A DNA stretch of 63,840 bases, filler included, from Welwitschia mirabilis (lineage: Eukaryota), in assembly GCA_051453625.1 (NCBI GenBank). It is 5 parts of one record of this genome, joined end to end, with 100 filler letters (N's around TTAATTAATTAA, not from the genome) between each part and the next. Parts side by side here need not be neighbours in the genome. Positions count along the whole stretch, not along the records: positions 1 to 14,458 come from JBOZIK010000001.1; 4 more parts are not named here. One strand, 5' to 3'. The notes beneath the pieces are model-generated. The model saw only the letters and a program-made list of their open reading frames with translations. It had not been told where the DNA came from and made no database searches. Shown piece by piece: positions 1-12,666 of this stretch; position 1 is the first letter of the stretch, and the number at the start of each line of letters is the position of its first letter. Position numbers and translations under genes: made by a program.

Positions 1-74
1 GAGTTCTTATTGATGCATCCTTTTATGTTCTTCAATGAGTGTGGAGATGGTACTTTATAAGGTACAAAAAATCT

Positions 75-556
75 TCTTTAAAGTGATTACTATGTGATCA
101 TATTAAAAAGGAAGACTTCTCAGTAAAATGGCTTTGGCATCTTCATCATTAACCTTTGAATTTGTGGTAACAAGTTATGACAAAAGTGATCTAAATTAAT
201 TTACATGTTGATTCATGTCTCCTAAATCCTCCATTCTCAAACTATAAAGTTGATGATTTAGTTCTTTTTTTGCTTCATTTCCACTTAATCCAAATAATCT
301 ACACAAGTCATCCTAGACTTCTTTTAAGATTTTACTTAAGTTAATATGATGAAGATAACCATCCTTAAGACCATGTTCAATGAGAGAAAGGGCTTCTTGA
401 TCATCATATTCCTAATTATCAATTTTGTCTAGATCTTTTGGCTTTGGTAATTAACCACTTATCACTTTTCACACATCTTTGTTAACTAGGAAAAGTTACA
501 TTTTTACTTGCCATGTGTGAAAATTTCTTCCATTAAATTTTAATGTCTTTACTCAT
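75..556 (-). pseudogene. Degenerate Ty1/copia gag (UBN2/Retrotran_gag_2-like)
   Basis: Manual minus-strand translation: KFNGRNFHTWQVKM*LFLVNKDV*KVISG...DDQEALSLIEHGLKD...KEV*DDLCRLFG...LYSLRMEDLGDMNQHVN*FRSLLS*L...DEDAKAILLRSLPF*YDHIVITLK. This is the copia gag pattern, with stops at W/Q positions. Confidence 0.85.
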
Positions 557-1618
557 GAGTCTTTTAAACCAATTTTACCCTTATTATATTTACTCAAACT
601 CCTTAATTTTCCTCCCTAACTTAAATATCCTTGGAGGATTAAATACCTCTTAATACCCTAGCCTTTCCCTCAAAAAAATAATCTTATTAAATAATTTCAA
701 AGGCTAAGGGTAATGTCCCTTAAATCCTTTATAAATGATTATAAGTAAGGCATTGCCTAACTCTCTCATATTAAATTTTACTATCTCTTACCTTACATCA
801 TACAAAATAATGCTTCATTATATTTTTGGATTTACAACGTTAATAAGGAAAGTAATTAAATGCCTTTACATAAAATATTTTTAATGAGACTCTTCTACAT
901 TTTTTTCTTTCTATGCAGAACACACTAAAAATATAATTGCTAATTATTCTTAGAGTTTCTAATTCAAAAAGCTCATTACAGAGTTATAGGATAGGATGTA
1001 AGAAGAATATCTGATTAGAGATGTCTATAGAGGAAAATGGAAGATCTTAACAAAATCTATCTAGAATAGATATTGCATGTTAAATTTACAAATTTACATA
1101 GTAAAAGGATAGATCAGTAACATGAATAGAAGGTTGCGTATGAGCACTAATAGGTCTTAATGCATTTTGATGGTCTCTGTTTTTACTAAAATTACATTAT
1201 AATTATAGGTGAAGACTAGAGATTAAAATAAGAAAGAATTCAAGCATAAGTAATCAATAGCATCTTCTACATTTTTGTTTTCTATTCACCCTACCTCCTT
1301 CCCTTCCTTTAGGCTGTCGATGAAACAATCTAGCTAAAGCAGGTGTGCCCTTCACTAATCAGTGATTTGAAGATTAGATTTATTCCCAATATAGAAATGA
1401 TAATGGATAGTGAAATATATGTGCATTTTATATGGGCATGATAGATTACAAGTGGAGCATCACAATGCTATCAATGGACCCTAAATGTTTCTCCAGAAAT
1501 TGGGAATCATGGGTGTCCTTGGCTACATCTGGAGATTTATGAAAAATGACTTGAAATTGAACATTAACAAGGTTACCTAGCTATAGATGAGACTAAGGGC
1601 ACACTAGAAGTGGTCTAG

Positions 1619-1630
1619 GCTCTAATACTA
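1619..1630 (-). promoter_or_regulatory. Degenerate tRNA-iMet primer binding site
   Basis: gctctaatacta is the reverse complement of TGGTATCAGAGC with 2 transitions; an LTR-like TGTA end follows at 1633. Confidence 0.45.
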
Positions 1631-3329
1631 AATGTAGAAATTTGAAGCCAAGTCCTACTAACCATAAGCTTAGAATGATTTTTATTTAAGATCTCCTTTT
1701 TTATGATATAACAAGAGGTTTAAATATCCTCTTATTACAACTAAAATGGAAAGGATAAGGAATAATAGGAGAGAGAATAAGAGAGGAAATAGGACGAGAA
1801 AGATACAAGAGAGAAGATTGGAAAGGCTGTAACTATTTTACAAAAATATCCAACAAGTAAATCTTCAAAAAGTCATCATAAATTTGAAAGATGGATAAAA
1901 GCTAAAAATGATCATGGTAAGGGAGTCAAAAGTGAAAAAAACTTGAGGTAAGAGAAAGAATAAGTTACGATAATACATCAAGAAAACAAAAGTAATGTTA
2001 AACAAAATCCTCAAATGTGTCCTAAACTTTATAAGCATTTAATATTTTGTTAGTAAATGTATGCAAACTTAAAAGTAAAGAAATGGAAAAAGACATCAGC
2101 ATAAAATGAAAGTAATGAATCAATCAAAGTAAAAGAAATGCATCAATTAGAGTGCTAAAATAAAAATAATATTTATGAATAAAAACTACCAGTGAAAATA
2201 AAAAGACAACTAGAAAACTTGTAAATAATTAAGTCCTAATTATTATATGGAAAAAGATATAGAAATGACTTTGAAAAGTTCAAATAAAACAACTAAGAAA
2301 AACATAATGAAAATAAACAACTAGAAACATGAAGAAGATTATTTACCAACTAAAAATTCCAACCTAGCAAAGTCTCTTAGTAGAAATCATAAAATCACCT
2401 AATTAATGATGCATAACATAATTGAAAAAAATCAAAAATTATCACTTGAATGAGAAATGACTATGATGATGTTAAGTATATTTAATATTTTCAATTAATT
2501 AATGATAATATTAAAGGCTACTTAAAAATGGACTTATTTTCTCACACTCAAAACAATACTAGAATCCAAAAAAGTAGAATGATCGTATGAAAGTATCATA
2601 TGCATAATAAGTCTAAAAGAAAGTAATATCTCTAATGACAGCAAGAACATCACTGATTTCATAGCCTCTAATTGAAAAATTATTTTTCCATGATGAGAGG
2701 AGTGCAACCACTATCAGAGAAGTAATAACTCACATAGCATGAACAATTGACCCCTAGTAAAGCTACCACAGCTACCATATTATATTGCCAAAGGTCTCTC
2801 TTGGGAAAATCTTCATTGATGCATTTATGCTAGGATATCATGGTGACCATGTTTTTAGCTTAAATATAGAAGATCATGGTTATTATTTATTTCTTTTCTT
2901 TTATTTCCTTTTCTTTCTTTCTGTTTTTAATTTTTCAATTTTTTCCAAAGTAAAAAGAATAAATTTCACAAGACTAAGTACTCTTAAGGATAAGGATAAA
3001 GCAATAAGATTAGAAATAAGGAAAAACATCCAAATAATTAAAGACTTACATAATTAAAAGAGAATAAAATAAATGAAGGAATCTTCCTTTAAAATAAAGT
3101 TCATTGATGTATGAATGTCATAAGATTATATGAATTAATTATTATTACTTTAAAATGATTAAGTAAAAGATTTACTAGTCATGATAACTTCATAAAGTAA
3201 ATTATTAGTAAAGTTAAAGATATTTAAGTAATATCATGATGTTTACCAAAAGAATTGGCTAAGAATAATTTAGATAATGGTAGGAGGAAAATCCAAGACA
3301 AGTGCTTCTATCATGTTCAAGGTTTAAAT

Positions 3330-3520
3330 GATAGGTATTTTAATGATTTTTAACTTTCTATCCATTACCTTATAGATTTTCCAAATGGTAGGGTGGAGAT
3401 TTCAACTGATTTATTTTAAGATGTCTTTTTTAAAAGGATAAGGACCTAACCATTAAGAGGTTTAACTAGTTGTATAAAAAATGCACTTAAGTAATGTACT
3501 TTTTAGAAAAATAAGGGTTA
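3330..3520 (-). pseudogene. Ty3/gypsy integrase C-terminal GPY/F module remnant
   Basis: Minus strand reads WLGPY (3438-3452), then NKSVEISTL and a K-V-x-G-x-K-L-K-like segment across frameshifts. Confidence 0.6.
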
Positions 3521-5805
3521 AATAAAATATAAACCAAATGATAAAACATAAAGTTACATAATCAATTTGGAGTAAAATCAATTAGAGGAAGATAGAAGAA
3601 AATGATAAAACTTTGATAGCACAAACTTCAAAATCCAAATAAGAGATAAAGAAGAAATAAATTTCACTGATAAATAATCTGTTATGAAAACATCGTATGT
3701 CATGAGTATCATTATATAAATCATTTAAGGCATGACTTAAAGAATGAATCCAAGAAGTTTTTAATATCTTTTTAGAATGTTTAATAAGATTAATAAGCTC
3801 CTCAAGATTCATTTTTAAGCATGAATTATTATCAAGAATATAAGGTTTACCCCAATTTAAAATTCCATGATATTCTAAGTCACACTTTTGAAAAGGTTAA
3901 TTATTAAAGGCATAAAGTAAAGTGAAGTTGGTAGAAAAGGAAAGGATGTTACTTTAAGTATCACATGGATTTTTAAAAGGAAGATATTAAGAAATAAGAG
4001 GCATAGACTCTTCAAAATTATGGATTTCATGAAAGTCAAGGAAAGGGATGTGGATTTGAAAATGATATGAAGGTTCAAATAGAAAAGGTAAAGAAATGTT
4101 AACATTATCAAGATCATAAGGTGATGTAAAAGAGGAATTAGAAGGAAGGATGTGATGTGGAGTTGTACATGAAAGTGAAAGTAAAAAATATGGAAAAAAA
4201 TGAATAGAATTTTCAAGTTGATTTGATGCATTATAATGAACAAGTCTATCCCCTATAAAGTTCAAATGAATCTCTATTGATCTTCTTTATGCTCATTTTA
4301 TTTATTGTTGTCTTCATCATTATTTTGTTGAAATGTTTCTTTACTTTATTTATCATTTTTTTAACTATATCTTTCTTCTGTTATTTAATATTTATTTCAT
4401 TCTCTAAATTGTTAGATTCATCAAAAAGGTTATCAAGAGAAATATAAGCTTTATCTTTATCATACATTAAAAAGTTTTTAGCTTCATTATAAATGGATTC
4501 CTCATCTAGATTTTCTAGCAATAAATGGATAACAGGGATATAATCTAATACCTTAATATCATCATCTAATGAATAATCATCCTTATCTTTGTTATTGAAA
4601 AATTGGGTTGAGTCATTAATGTCTCCCCTTTGGTCATATTCTAACAAGTGGGATGTTAAAGTTTGATTTAAACTATCATCTTCTATTTGAAAGCAAGAAT
4701 CATTATTACTTATTCCTAAGTTCTTCTTATCTTCCTCAAGGTAGGATGTAGAAGTATAGGTTTGAGCATGTTGTGTTATGAAGAAACATTGATTTTATAA
4801 TAGTATTCGTTAAAATATCTTAATCAAATTTTATAAATTTTTATTGGAATTTTCTTGCCTTTCTTTTACTTTATCAATTATTTCTTTCATTGAATCTTTT
4901 ATTCCTCATAGTAGTTCATGGGAGATGGTTCTTTTTCATAGTAATATATGAGAGATAAGTGGAATTAATAAAAATGATTATAGGAAGTTTCTCTAAATGA
5001 GGTGAAATCCCTAGTATGTTGAAAATTTTTGTTGTTATTTCTATAAAAAGTTTGAAAAAAAAAAGGAAAATAATAAGATGATTGAAAATAGGAAGGACCA
5101 ATTCCTAATCTCAACATAAATTTGTATTGTTATTTCTCTTTTTGCAAAAATTACTTGAAGCATTTTCTTACTATTATTCTTAAAATTTTTTAAGTTTCTC
5201 CTTATTTTAGAAAAATTTTTCCCAAGAGTCCTCTTATCATTATTCATGAAAGTAATTAAGAAAGATGAAACAAGAGAATTTAATTCAAGATTATAAGAAA
5301 GATAAGTACACACTAAAGATTAAGTCCTGCTATCTTTAGTGTTTCAACTTTTTATTATAAGTGTTTGGATTTTTAACACTCAAGAGATGCATAATGGCCA
5401 TCATTTTAACTATCATGGGGATGATTAATGGAATGAATATTAAAAGAAAAAATTTAGAAATAGAAAGAACGAATTGTAGAAGATAAAGGCAATAGCTATT
5501 ATCCTATGTGTTATGAGGACCATAATGGATATGATATATTATTATGCTATAACAATGAAAAACATAAAACCAAAAAAAAACTTGCAAAAAAGTAAATTTA
5601 GAATCTTAAGTGTAGACTATCATGCTTAATATCTTGGAAATGATAGAGGGGATAACAGGACTTATTAATATTATAGAAAATTAAAATTACAGGAAAAAAC
5701 CTACTAAACTATAATAAAAATATAGTACTAATTCAAGTAAATAACCCAAATCAAAATACAAGGTACTTATTTGGATAGTGAAAATCCTCTAATTCCTTAT
5801 AGCCT

Positions 5806-7140
5806 TCTCTAGCAATGGTGATAAAAGGTTATTATGTAAATTTATGCAATCTTAAAGTCCATAGGAAAACCTTGTAAATCACAATACTTGCAAATAAACA
5901 CATACTAATATAGATAGGAGTTAACTCGAATGTCAGAATCCATTAAAGGCACTAGGCTAGAAGTTAGATAATTGATATTAACAAGTATTTTTAGTATTTT
6001 TTATTTAATTAAATGAAAATAAAGAATAATTAAAATGTAATATAACATGAATGATGATGAAATGCAAATGTGATAAATGATGAATTTATTTAACTACCAA
6101 TCTTCTTGTCACCAAGATTAGTCCTTATAACTTAGATTAATTAAAGAAATTATCACTTAATCCTAACCAACATAAGCTATAAGATACATCAAATAGAATA
6201 TGTAATTATCAAAATGTAATATGAAATTAATACAATTTTAAATTAATAATGTCAACCTTAACAAAGGTTGTCCTCATAATCTAGATTAACTATAAAGCTA
6301 TTACAGAATCATAACCAATGTAAACCATGACGAAGATTCACATAATAGAAGTAAAAAGTGTTCTTGTATTAATCATGAATTAACATCCATTTATAGGTAA
6401 AGTAGCAGCACATCAATGGAGGATACATAGCCCAACACCAAGGAAAACTTCTCTCTATAGCATGGGATGGATCTTCTATTTTTTAATCTTATATCATAAG
6501 AAGTTTTGGTATAAAAAATGAATTGGAAATAAGGACAAAATGGTATTTATAGTTTTACATTGAAGGTTTTAAAACTATAATTCTACAAGTCAAAGAAGAA
6601 ATCCTAGTATCCTAGATGAAATGCATAACCCCATTAAAAGATAATTTAACTTTATTTATACAAAATAGTTGTCATCATGATTATCATTTGGATGACCCTT
6701 GGGACGATGCCTCATAATAATAGATAAGTCATTAGCTTTTAGATCTATAATCAATTCCATAGTTGGTTCTAAATGTGTTTTCATCCTATTTGTTATGGTG
6801 ATGATACATGGGATAATACCTTCTTAGAAAGAGGAACTCATTGGCTCCTATCTCTAGTTCACATTAGTATCCAATTAGCTATTATAGTATTGACATCTAA
6901 TCTATCATTATGATGATAGTGAGGACAATAATCTTCCTTATCTTTTTAACTTAAGAGAAATCAACCTTATGCATTATTGATCTTTCTTTAAAATACTAAG
7001 TATTAATATATGCCTAAAATTCCTTCAAAAATGCCAAGGATTGCATGTTTTTATGATCATTACATTGACTCTTCATAATTATCAGAATTACATCAAAAAT
7101 TGTATGAACGTCCTATAAAATTACCCGAAATACCCCATTA
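5806..7140 (-). mobile_element. Athila-like 5' LTR (about 5827-7140) plus degenerate tRNA-Asp PBS (5806-5823)
   Basis: Its reverse complement aligns by eye with 24397-25480 (start TAATGGGG vs TGATGGGG; shared gatccatc...tgtatcctccattga and agtgataatttct). The PBS tatcaccattgctagaga resembles TGGCGCCGTTGCCGGGGA, differing almost entirely by transitions. The internal region continues toward lower coordinates. Confidence 0.7.
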
Positions 7141-7189
7141 AAATCCTACAAATTGTCATTGCAAGAGTTATTATTTAAGTTAACCTATA

Positions 7190-7201
7190 GCTCTGATACC
7201 A
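7190..7201 (-). promoter_or_regulatory. tRNA-iMet PBS of a host LTR element, of which only 7141-7212 is visible
   Basis: Exact gctctgatacca. The minus strand reads ...TACA-T-TGGTATCAGAGCTATAGGTTA, similar to 30734-30760. Confidence 0.85.
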
Positions 7202-7212
7202 ATGTATGACAC

Positions 7213-8650
7213 TAATGGGTGCTTATATAGTGAAATAAGTATTGAAAATATCACAAAAAAATATTAACTAATATAAAATAATACTAGAAATATACAAAAA
7301 CTATGTTGTTGTTAACNNNNNNNNNNNNNNNNNNNNNNNNNNNNNNNNNNNNNNNNNNNNNNNNNNNNNNNNNNNNNNNNNNNNNNNNNNNNNNNNNNNN
7401 NNNNNNNNNNNNNNNNNNNNNNNNNNNNNNNNNNNNNNNNNNNNNNNNNNNNNNNNNNNNNNNNNNNNNNNNNNNNNNNNNNNNNNNNNNNNNNNNNNNN
7501 NNNNNNNNNNNNNNNNNNNNNNNNNNNNNNNNNNNNNNNNNNNNNNNNNNNNNNNNNNNNNNNNNNNNNNNNNNNNNNNNNNNNNNNNNNNNNNNNNNNN
7601 NNNNNNNNNNNNNNNNNNNNNNNNNNNNNNNNNNNNNNNNNNNNNNNNNNNNNNNNNNNNNNNNNNNNNNNNNNNNNNNNNNNNNNNNNNNNNNNNNNNN
7701 NNNNNNNNNNNNNNNNNNNNNNNNNNNNNNNNNNNNNNNNNNNNNNNNNNNNNNNNNNNNNNNNNNNNNNNNNNNNNNNNNNNNNNNNNNNNNNNNNNNN
7801 NNNNNNNNNNNNNNNNNNNNNNNNNNNNNNNNNNNNNNNNNNNNNNNNNNNNNNNNNNNNNNNNNNNNNNNNNNNNNNNNNNNNNNNNNNNNNNNNNNNN
7901 NNNNNNNNNNNNNNNNNNNNNNNNNNNNNNNNNNNNNGTTAGATTGCTTTATAACTAGGTTATTAGGTACATATGTTATAATAGGAGAAAATAAAAAAAG
8001 TAGTAATATAAATTATATCAGACACTAGATAATACTTATTTTTAAGTACTATTAATTATCCTAGTTTATGTTTAGCTACATAATTAGGAGAAAATAGAGA
8101 TAATAGTACTTTTTTAAATAATATAATATGCACACAATAATACTTAAATATGCTTTTTAGCTTTATATTGAAATATTAATTATTACATAAACATGCACTA
8201 AGGCTTGTATTCTCCTTGATAGGTAACACTTTAGAGTATGGAAAATGTTTTTATGCCCTTTTTAGGATAGCTAGAGCTTACTTTTTTTAGTCTATTTCTA
8301 GAATGTTATGCCAAAAAGATTTCCACCTTTGATGGTAATCCTATTCTTATACCCTTATTTGTTTTTTGTTTTTCATTTTTTTCTCCTTGGGGACAGGTAG
8401 ATGGCTGGAGTTTGTTACTACTTCTCCACCATCTCATCCGTCTTTTTCATCTTCATGCCACATGGCATCTTATACTTGAAATGTAATAACAAAATATACA
8501 TACTAATCTACTAACATACTAACTAACTAACCAATTTCTTAGTAAGTATACTAATAAAGAAAAACATCTATTATTATTTCAAATGTATAATTAAGATAAT
8601 TAAAATACTTCATTAATAAGCAAGATTTACATTAAAATTTAACCTCATAT
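7213..8650 (-). mobile_element. Tat-like gypsy LTR (probable 3' LTR), gapped
   Basis: Both ends align with 17349-18314 (aatgggtgcttatat...; ...catactaactaactaacc...aattt...cctcat). An N-gap spans 7317-7937. Confidence 0.8.
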
Positions 8651-10569
8651 GTGCCCTTAAGCTCAAGATTTTGTTATTCCCTTAATAAATAGATATATAC
8701 AAAAGAGATAAATAGAGAAACTTATTATTTTCCTCTCCTCCTTTTAAAAACAAAAGGATTCTTCTTATTAGATTCTGATTCCTCTCTTTTTTTGGTTAAT
8801 TAGATAGACTACTTTGGTTCTTCTCTCTTTCTTTTAGGGGCTAAAGGAACTTTTTCTTGGGGACTTTGGGGCACATGTTATAGCTCTAGAATTGCCTCAG
8901 CTTATAGTTTGGGTCTTAAATTTTACCCAAGGGGAATTCTTTACATTTTAAAAGAACCTTTATTCTTTAGTTTCAAAAAATATCTATGAAAGTTCCTCTC
9001 GGCATAGTGATGTTTTATACTATTCTATCTCTAAAAGAATGTAACTACTAAAAATCCTAAAAGGACATAACAAAAACATTGATATTAGATTTATAATCTT
9101 CTAATATCCTTCTAAATTTAATTGTAGAATCATTTAAAAAATTCCTAAATTATCTTATAGAAGATTCAACTCCTCTCTAAACAATCTCAATCCTCAATAC
9201 TTTTATCTCTTTTACAATTGTCAAAAATGCAGTTAATATTTGACTACCTCCTAGAATTCTTTTGTATAATACTTTTGAAATGTTCTTTGAACTTATCAAT
9301 AAAGTCATATAACTTCTGAGGATAGTAGTCAAGGCTACATGATACAACTAATTATTCATGCTCGAACCCAATTTGTTTACCCAACTTCACTTCTATAAGA
9401 CAAACATCATGAAGTAATCTCATATTTTCCTTTTCCAAATTATAAATAAAATGAGTTAGGTAGACTTTGAGCTTATTATTCTAATATCCTTCTTTAACTC
9501 AAAATGAGATTCTTTTAAAGTATTAATAATACTTAAATTTATTTTATTCTTTATCTCACTGGTGAGAGTTAGAGAAGTTGAGGAGGTGCCCAGGATTGAA
9601 CTTATTACTCTTTTGATTTCCTCCTTTCTTTACATTATTTTATTGATGAATCATATGAAGGTTAATCAGAAGAGCTTACCTATTCTATTTAATTCCTAAG
9701 ATCCTTATTTCTTTCATTATCTGATCTATGGTTCTCTTATTTGCTCACAAAAGGAACTGATAGTATCCTAAATAATTTTTGAGCTTTAAGCCATTTATGT
9801 CTATATTCTTAGACCTCTACATAAATCTTCATAAACTTTTTATTCATCCTCTATAGATCTATGTAGATTTTATTTAAATATTTTCTGTTCAATGGTAGAG
9901 GCCCTTTNNNNNNNNNNNNNNNNNNNNNNNNNNNNNNNNNNNNNNNNNNNNNNNNNNNNNNNNNNNNNNNNNNNNNNNNNNNNNNNNNNNNNNNNNNNNN
10001 NNNNNNNNNNNTTTTCCTTGGGAGATTTCTTAATTCTCCCCTGTTTTTGGTAGCCATTTCTAATTTAGTAATGCATTTCTAAGCTCTTTATAATTTCCTA
10101 CTCACATCTTTAAAATATTTAGAGAGTTGAATATTTTCTTCCTTATTGGTGATCTCGTAATGTAGCTTTTCATTAATTTATTTATCTTAATCTAACCTCT
10201 ACCTCAAAACTTCATTTTTAATTTATAGATTACCAACTTGATTCTACAATGTTGAAACTTTTTCCTTTTTTCCTAGATAATTTTAAATTTCATCTTTGAG
10301 TAAGTTTAAAGCACTACATAGGTTGTTCATCTTATCTTTCTCTAGTGCTTTAGAGAATTGACCACATTAAAGTGGATGGAAATGCAAGAGTCCTTTAAAT
10401 ATAAACTGGATTGGGTATTATGGTATGCTTGAGGAGGATAACAATAAAGGTAGGCTTTACATGATAGAAGAGGATTCTCTTATATTTGACTGAGAAGTCC
10501 TATATCCTGAAGTTCTTATGAGACTTAATTCCTTAACTCTAAATAGACTCTAAATAGTCACTTCAACAC

Positions 10570-11330
10570 AAGACTTACTTGATTAGAATGGGATTTTATT
10601 TTAATTTTACTTAATATTCGATTGATTAAAGAAGTAAATCCTAGTCATACTACATCTAAAGTTTTAATTCTAACTTTATTTAATTTTGTAATATACCTCA
10701 TTAATCCCAAAAAGATTTCTTGTATAATATTCACATTGGTATGATTTATTTTATCCTTTACTACTGCTATCATATATAGGCTAAGTAATGTGATGCCTTT
10801 TTATTTATGAAGAATAAATACTAAATTATTATCCATGATTTTTAAAATAATAAAAAATTCTATTTTTGTGCCTTTATGCACTAGTATTATTTCTTGTACT
10901 ACCACCCTTCCTAGTAGATTCATGCTTAAATTTGAGTATTACTTTCTACTAGTATTGTAAATGGATTTTCTACTGGGTGGTAAATGCAACTTTTTTCTTA
11001 TATCTTATTGAGTAATTACTATTCTCTGATTTTTCATGATTGTTTTTAATACATTTTTGGCATCATTTATTCTCAAATTCTCATAAAATTCATATACAAT
11101 ATCCAAGGAAAATCTATCATTACGAGTAAGCCATTCATACCACTCCAACTCGATAATTCATTATTTGAACTCCATTAAGTAGGAGTCTAAAAGAACTTAT
11201 GCAAAAATTAATGAAGAAATAACCTTGAATTCTATCAAAGTTTTCCTAGCATCAGATATGAAAAAACATGTGTAGAAGAGGAATTTTTGCAATAAGTAAT
11301 CTATTAAAACCCTCTTACTAAAACTTTTCT
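10570..11330 (-). pseudogene. Extra (env-position) ORF resembling the putative plant transposon protein / Athila ORF1-like domain
   Basis: Minus translation: LEWYEWLTRNDRFSLDIVYEFYENLRINDAKNVLKTIMKNQRIVITQ*DIRKKLHLPP...ILKIMDNNLV...ITLLSLYMI...NVNIIQEIF...LGFTSLINRIL. It fits the W..L...V.EFY.NL / IN...II / LPF..LI pattern. Confidence 0.6.
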
Positions 11331-11420
11331 TTCTATAAATATAAAATGTCATTTATATAGATGTAAGCATATTGCATATATTAAATTCATTTAAATCCTC
11401 CCCCCTTCCCTTCCTTCCAA

Positions 11421-12666
11421 TGTAAAGTTTAGCATGCTCTTGAACGCTTAAATTAAAGTATTAATAATACTTGAGATTTGTGCTCAAAGAAATTTTATCA
11501 TTACTTAGGGTCTTGAAGACAAAAAAATACTTAAGCATGACAAGGTAAAATGCAAGAATGTAAGTAGAAATTATTGAATTGTTTTCCACTTAAATAAGTA
11601 AAAACATACTTAATATCATATTCAATTTACACATATAAGGAATAAATGAGAAATTTGAATAAAAAGAGAATACATGAAACTAAAAGTTTTCATACTTTAT
11701 TAATGCTAGAAAAATTTAAATTACATGTTGGTAAGATGTCAATCTGAAAAATTTACTGAGTTAGAACTAAAATTGTAGATTCTGATATGGTTGAGATGAC
11801 ATGGAACTGATCTTGTAATGGAAGTCATTGAGAATGAAGAGGAGTCATTAAGAATGAATTTAACTAGAATGTTAGAGGGATGGAAAGACATATTTAAGTG
11901 GTGTTTATTCTCCATAACACTGAGTTCAATGAGGATTAATCCATTATGAAGTCAATTAAAAGAGTTCAAAGTTGTTCATCAAGAACTTAAGAGTTCTTGA
12001 GAAGATCCTTTAAATTCTAATCATCATTATTATAAAAGCAAGTAATAATTAAAAAGTAAAGTTACATGAAAAAGTTATACTAAAAAGTTGAGGGGGATCA
12101 TCAAGAATAAGAACTTATTCTTTTAGTAGTAAGTTTTAAAAGGTAAAGTTAAGTAAATCTAGTTCAAAGATTTGACTTTGAGCTAGTGTTAGTTTACTTC
12201 TAAAACTTACATGCTGATGGTCTGGCTTAAAGTCTAATTCAAAGTTCTAAGTTTAAGTCGGTATCAATCAACTAGGTGATTTTTCTTTCTTGCTTTCATA
12301 GTAAAGAAATCATTAGATTAGCTTGAAATCCAACTTAAAGTTTTAACTTCAAGTTGGTATCAGTCAATTACATGAATTTTATTTTATTTTAAATTTTTAG
12401 AGAATAAGAAGATAAATGAGCTAGCTTAATATCCAACTCAAAGTTTTGATTTTGAGTTGGTATTAGCCAAAAGATTCAAGTTCCCATTATAATAGTTCGA
12501 TTTGAAATCTGACTCAAAGATTTGTTTTTGCATTGGTGTCAATTAACCAAGTGATCTTTTGATTTTAAGGCCTATTTTAACACATCAATAACTTTTATTT
12601 CTTAATCTTTATTAAAATAAAAATAAAAGAAATTTCTTTTTTTGAGTTATTAGATATGGCGTAACA
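11421..12666 (-). mobile_element. Probable LTR of another element, with internal degenerate repeats
   Basis: Minus-strand termini TGTTACGCC...TTTACA. About 5 degenerate copies of aatccaactcaaagttttga.ttt.agttggtat lie in 12155-12560. No TSD seen. Confidence 0.4.

Noticed and set aside
2785..5313. Several 60-120 aa hydrophobic ORFs
   Set aside because: F/L/I/K-rich by-products of AT-rich decayed TE DNA with no recognisable domains.
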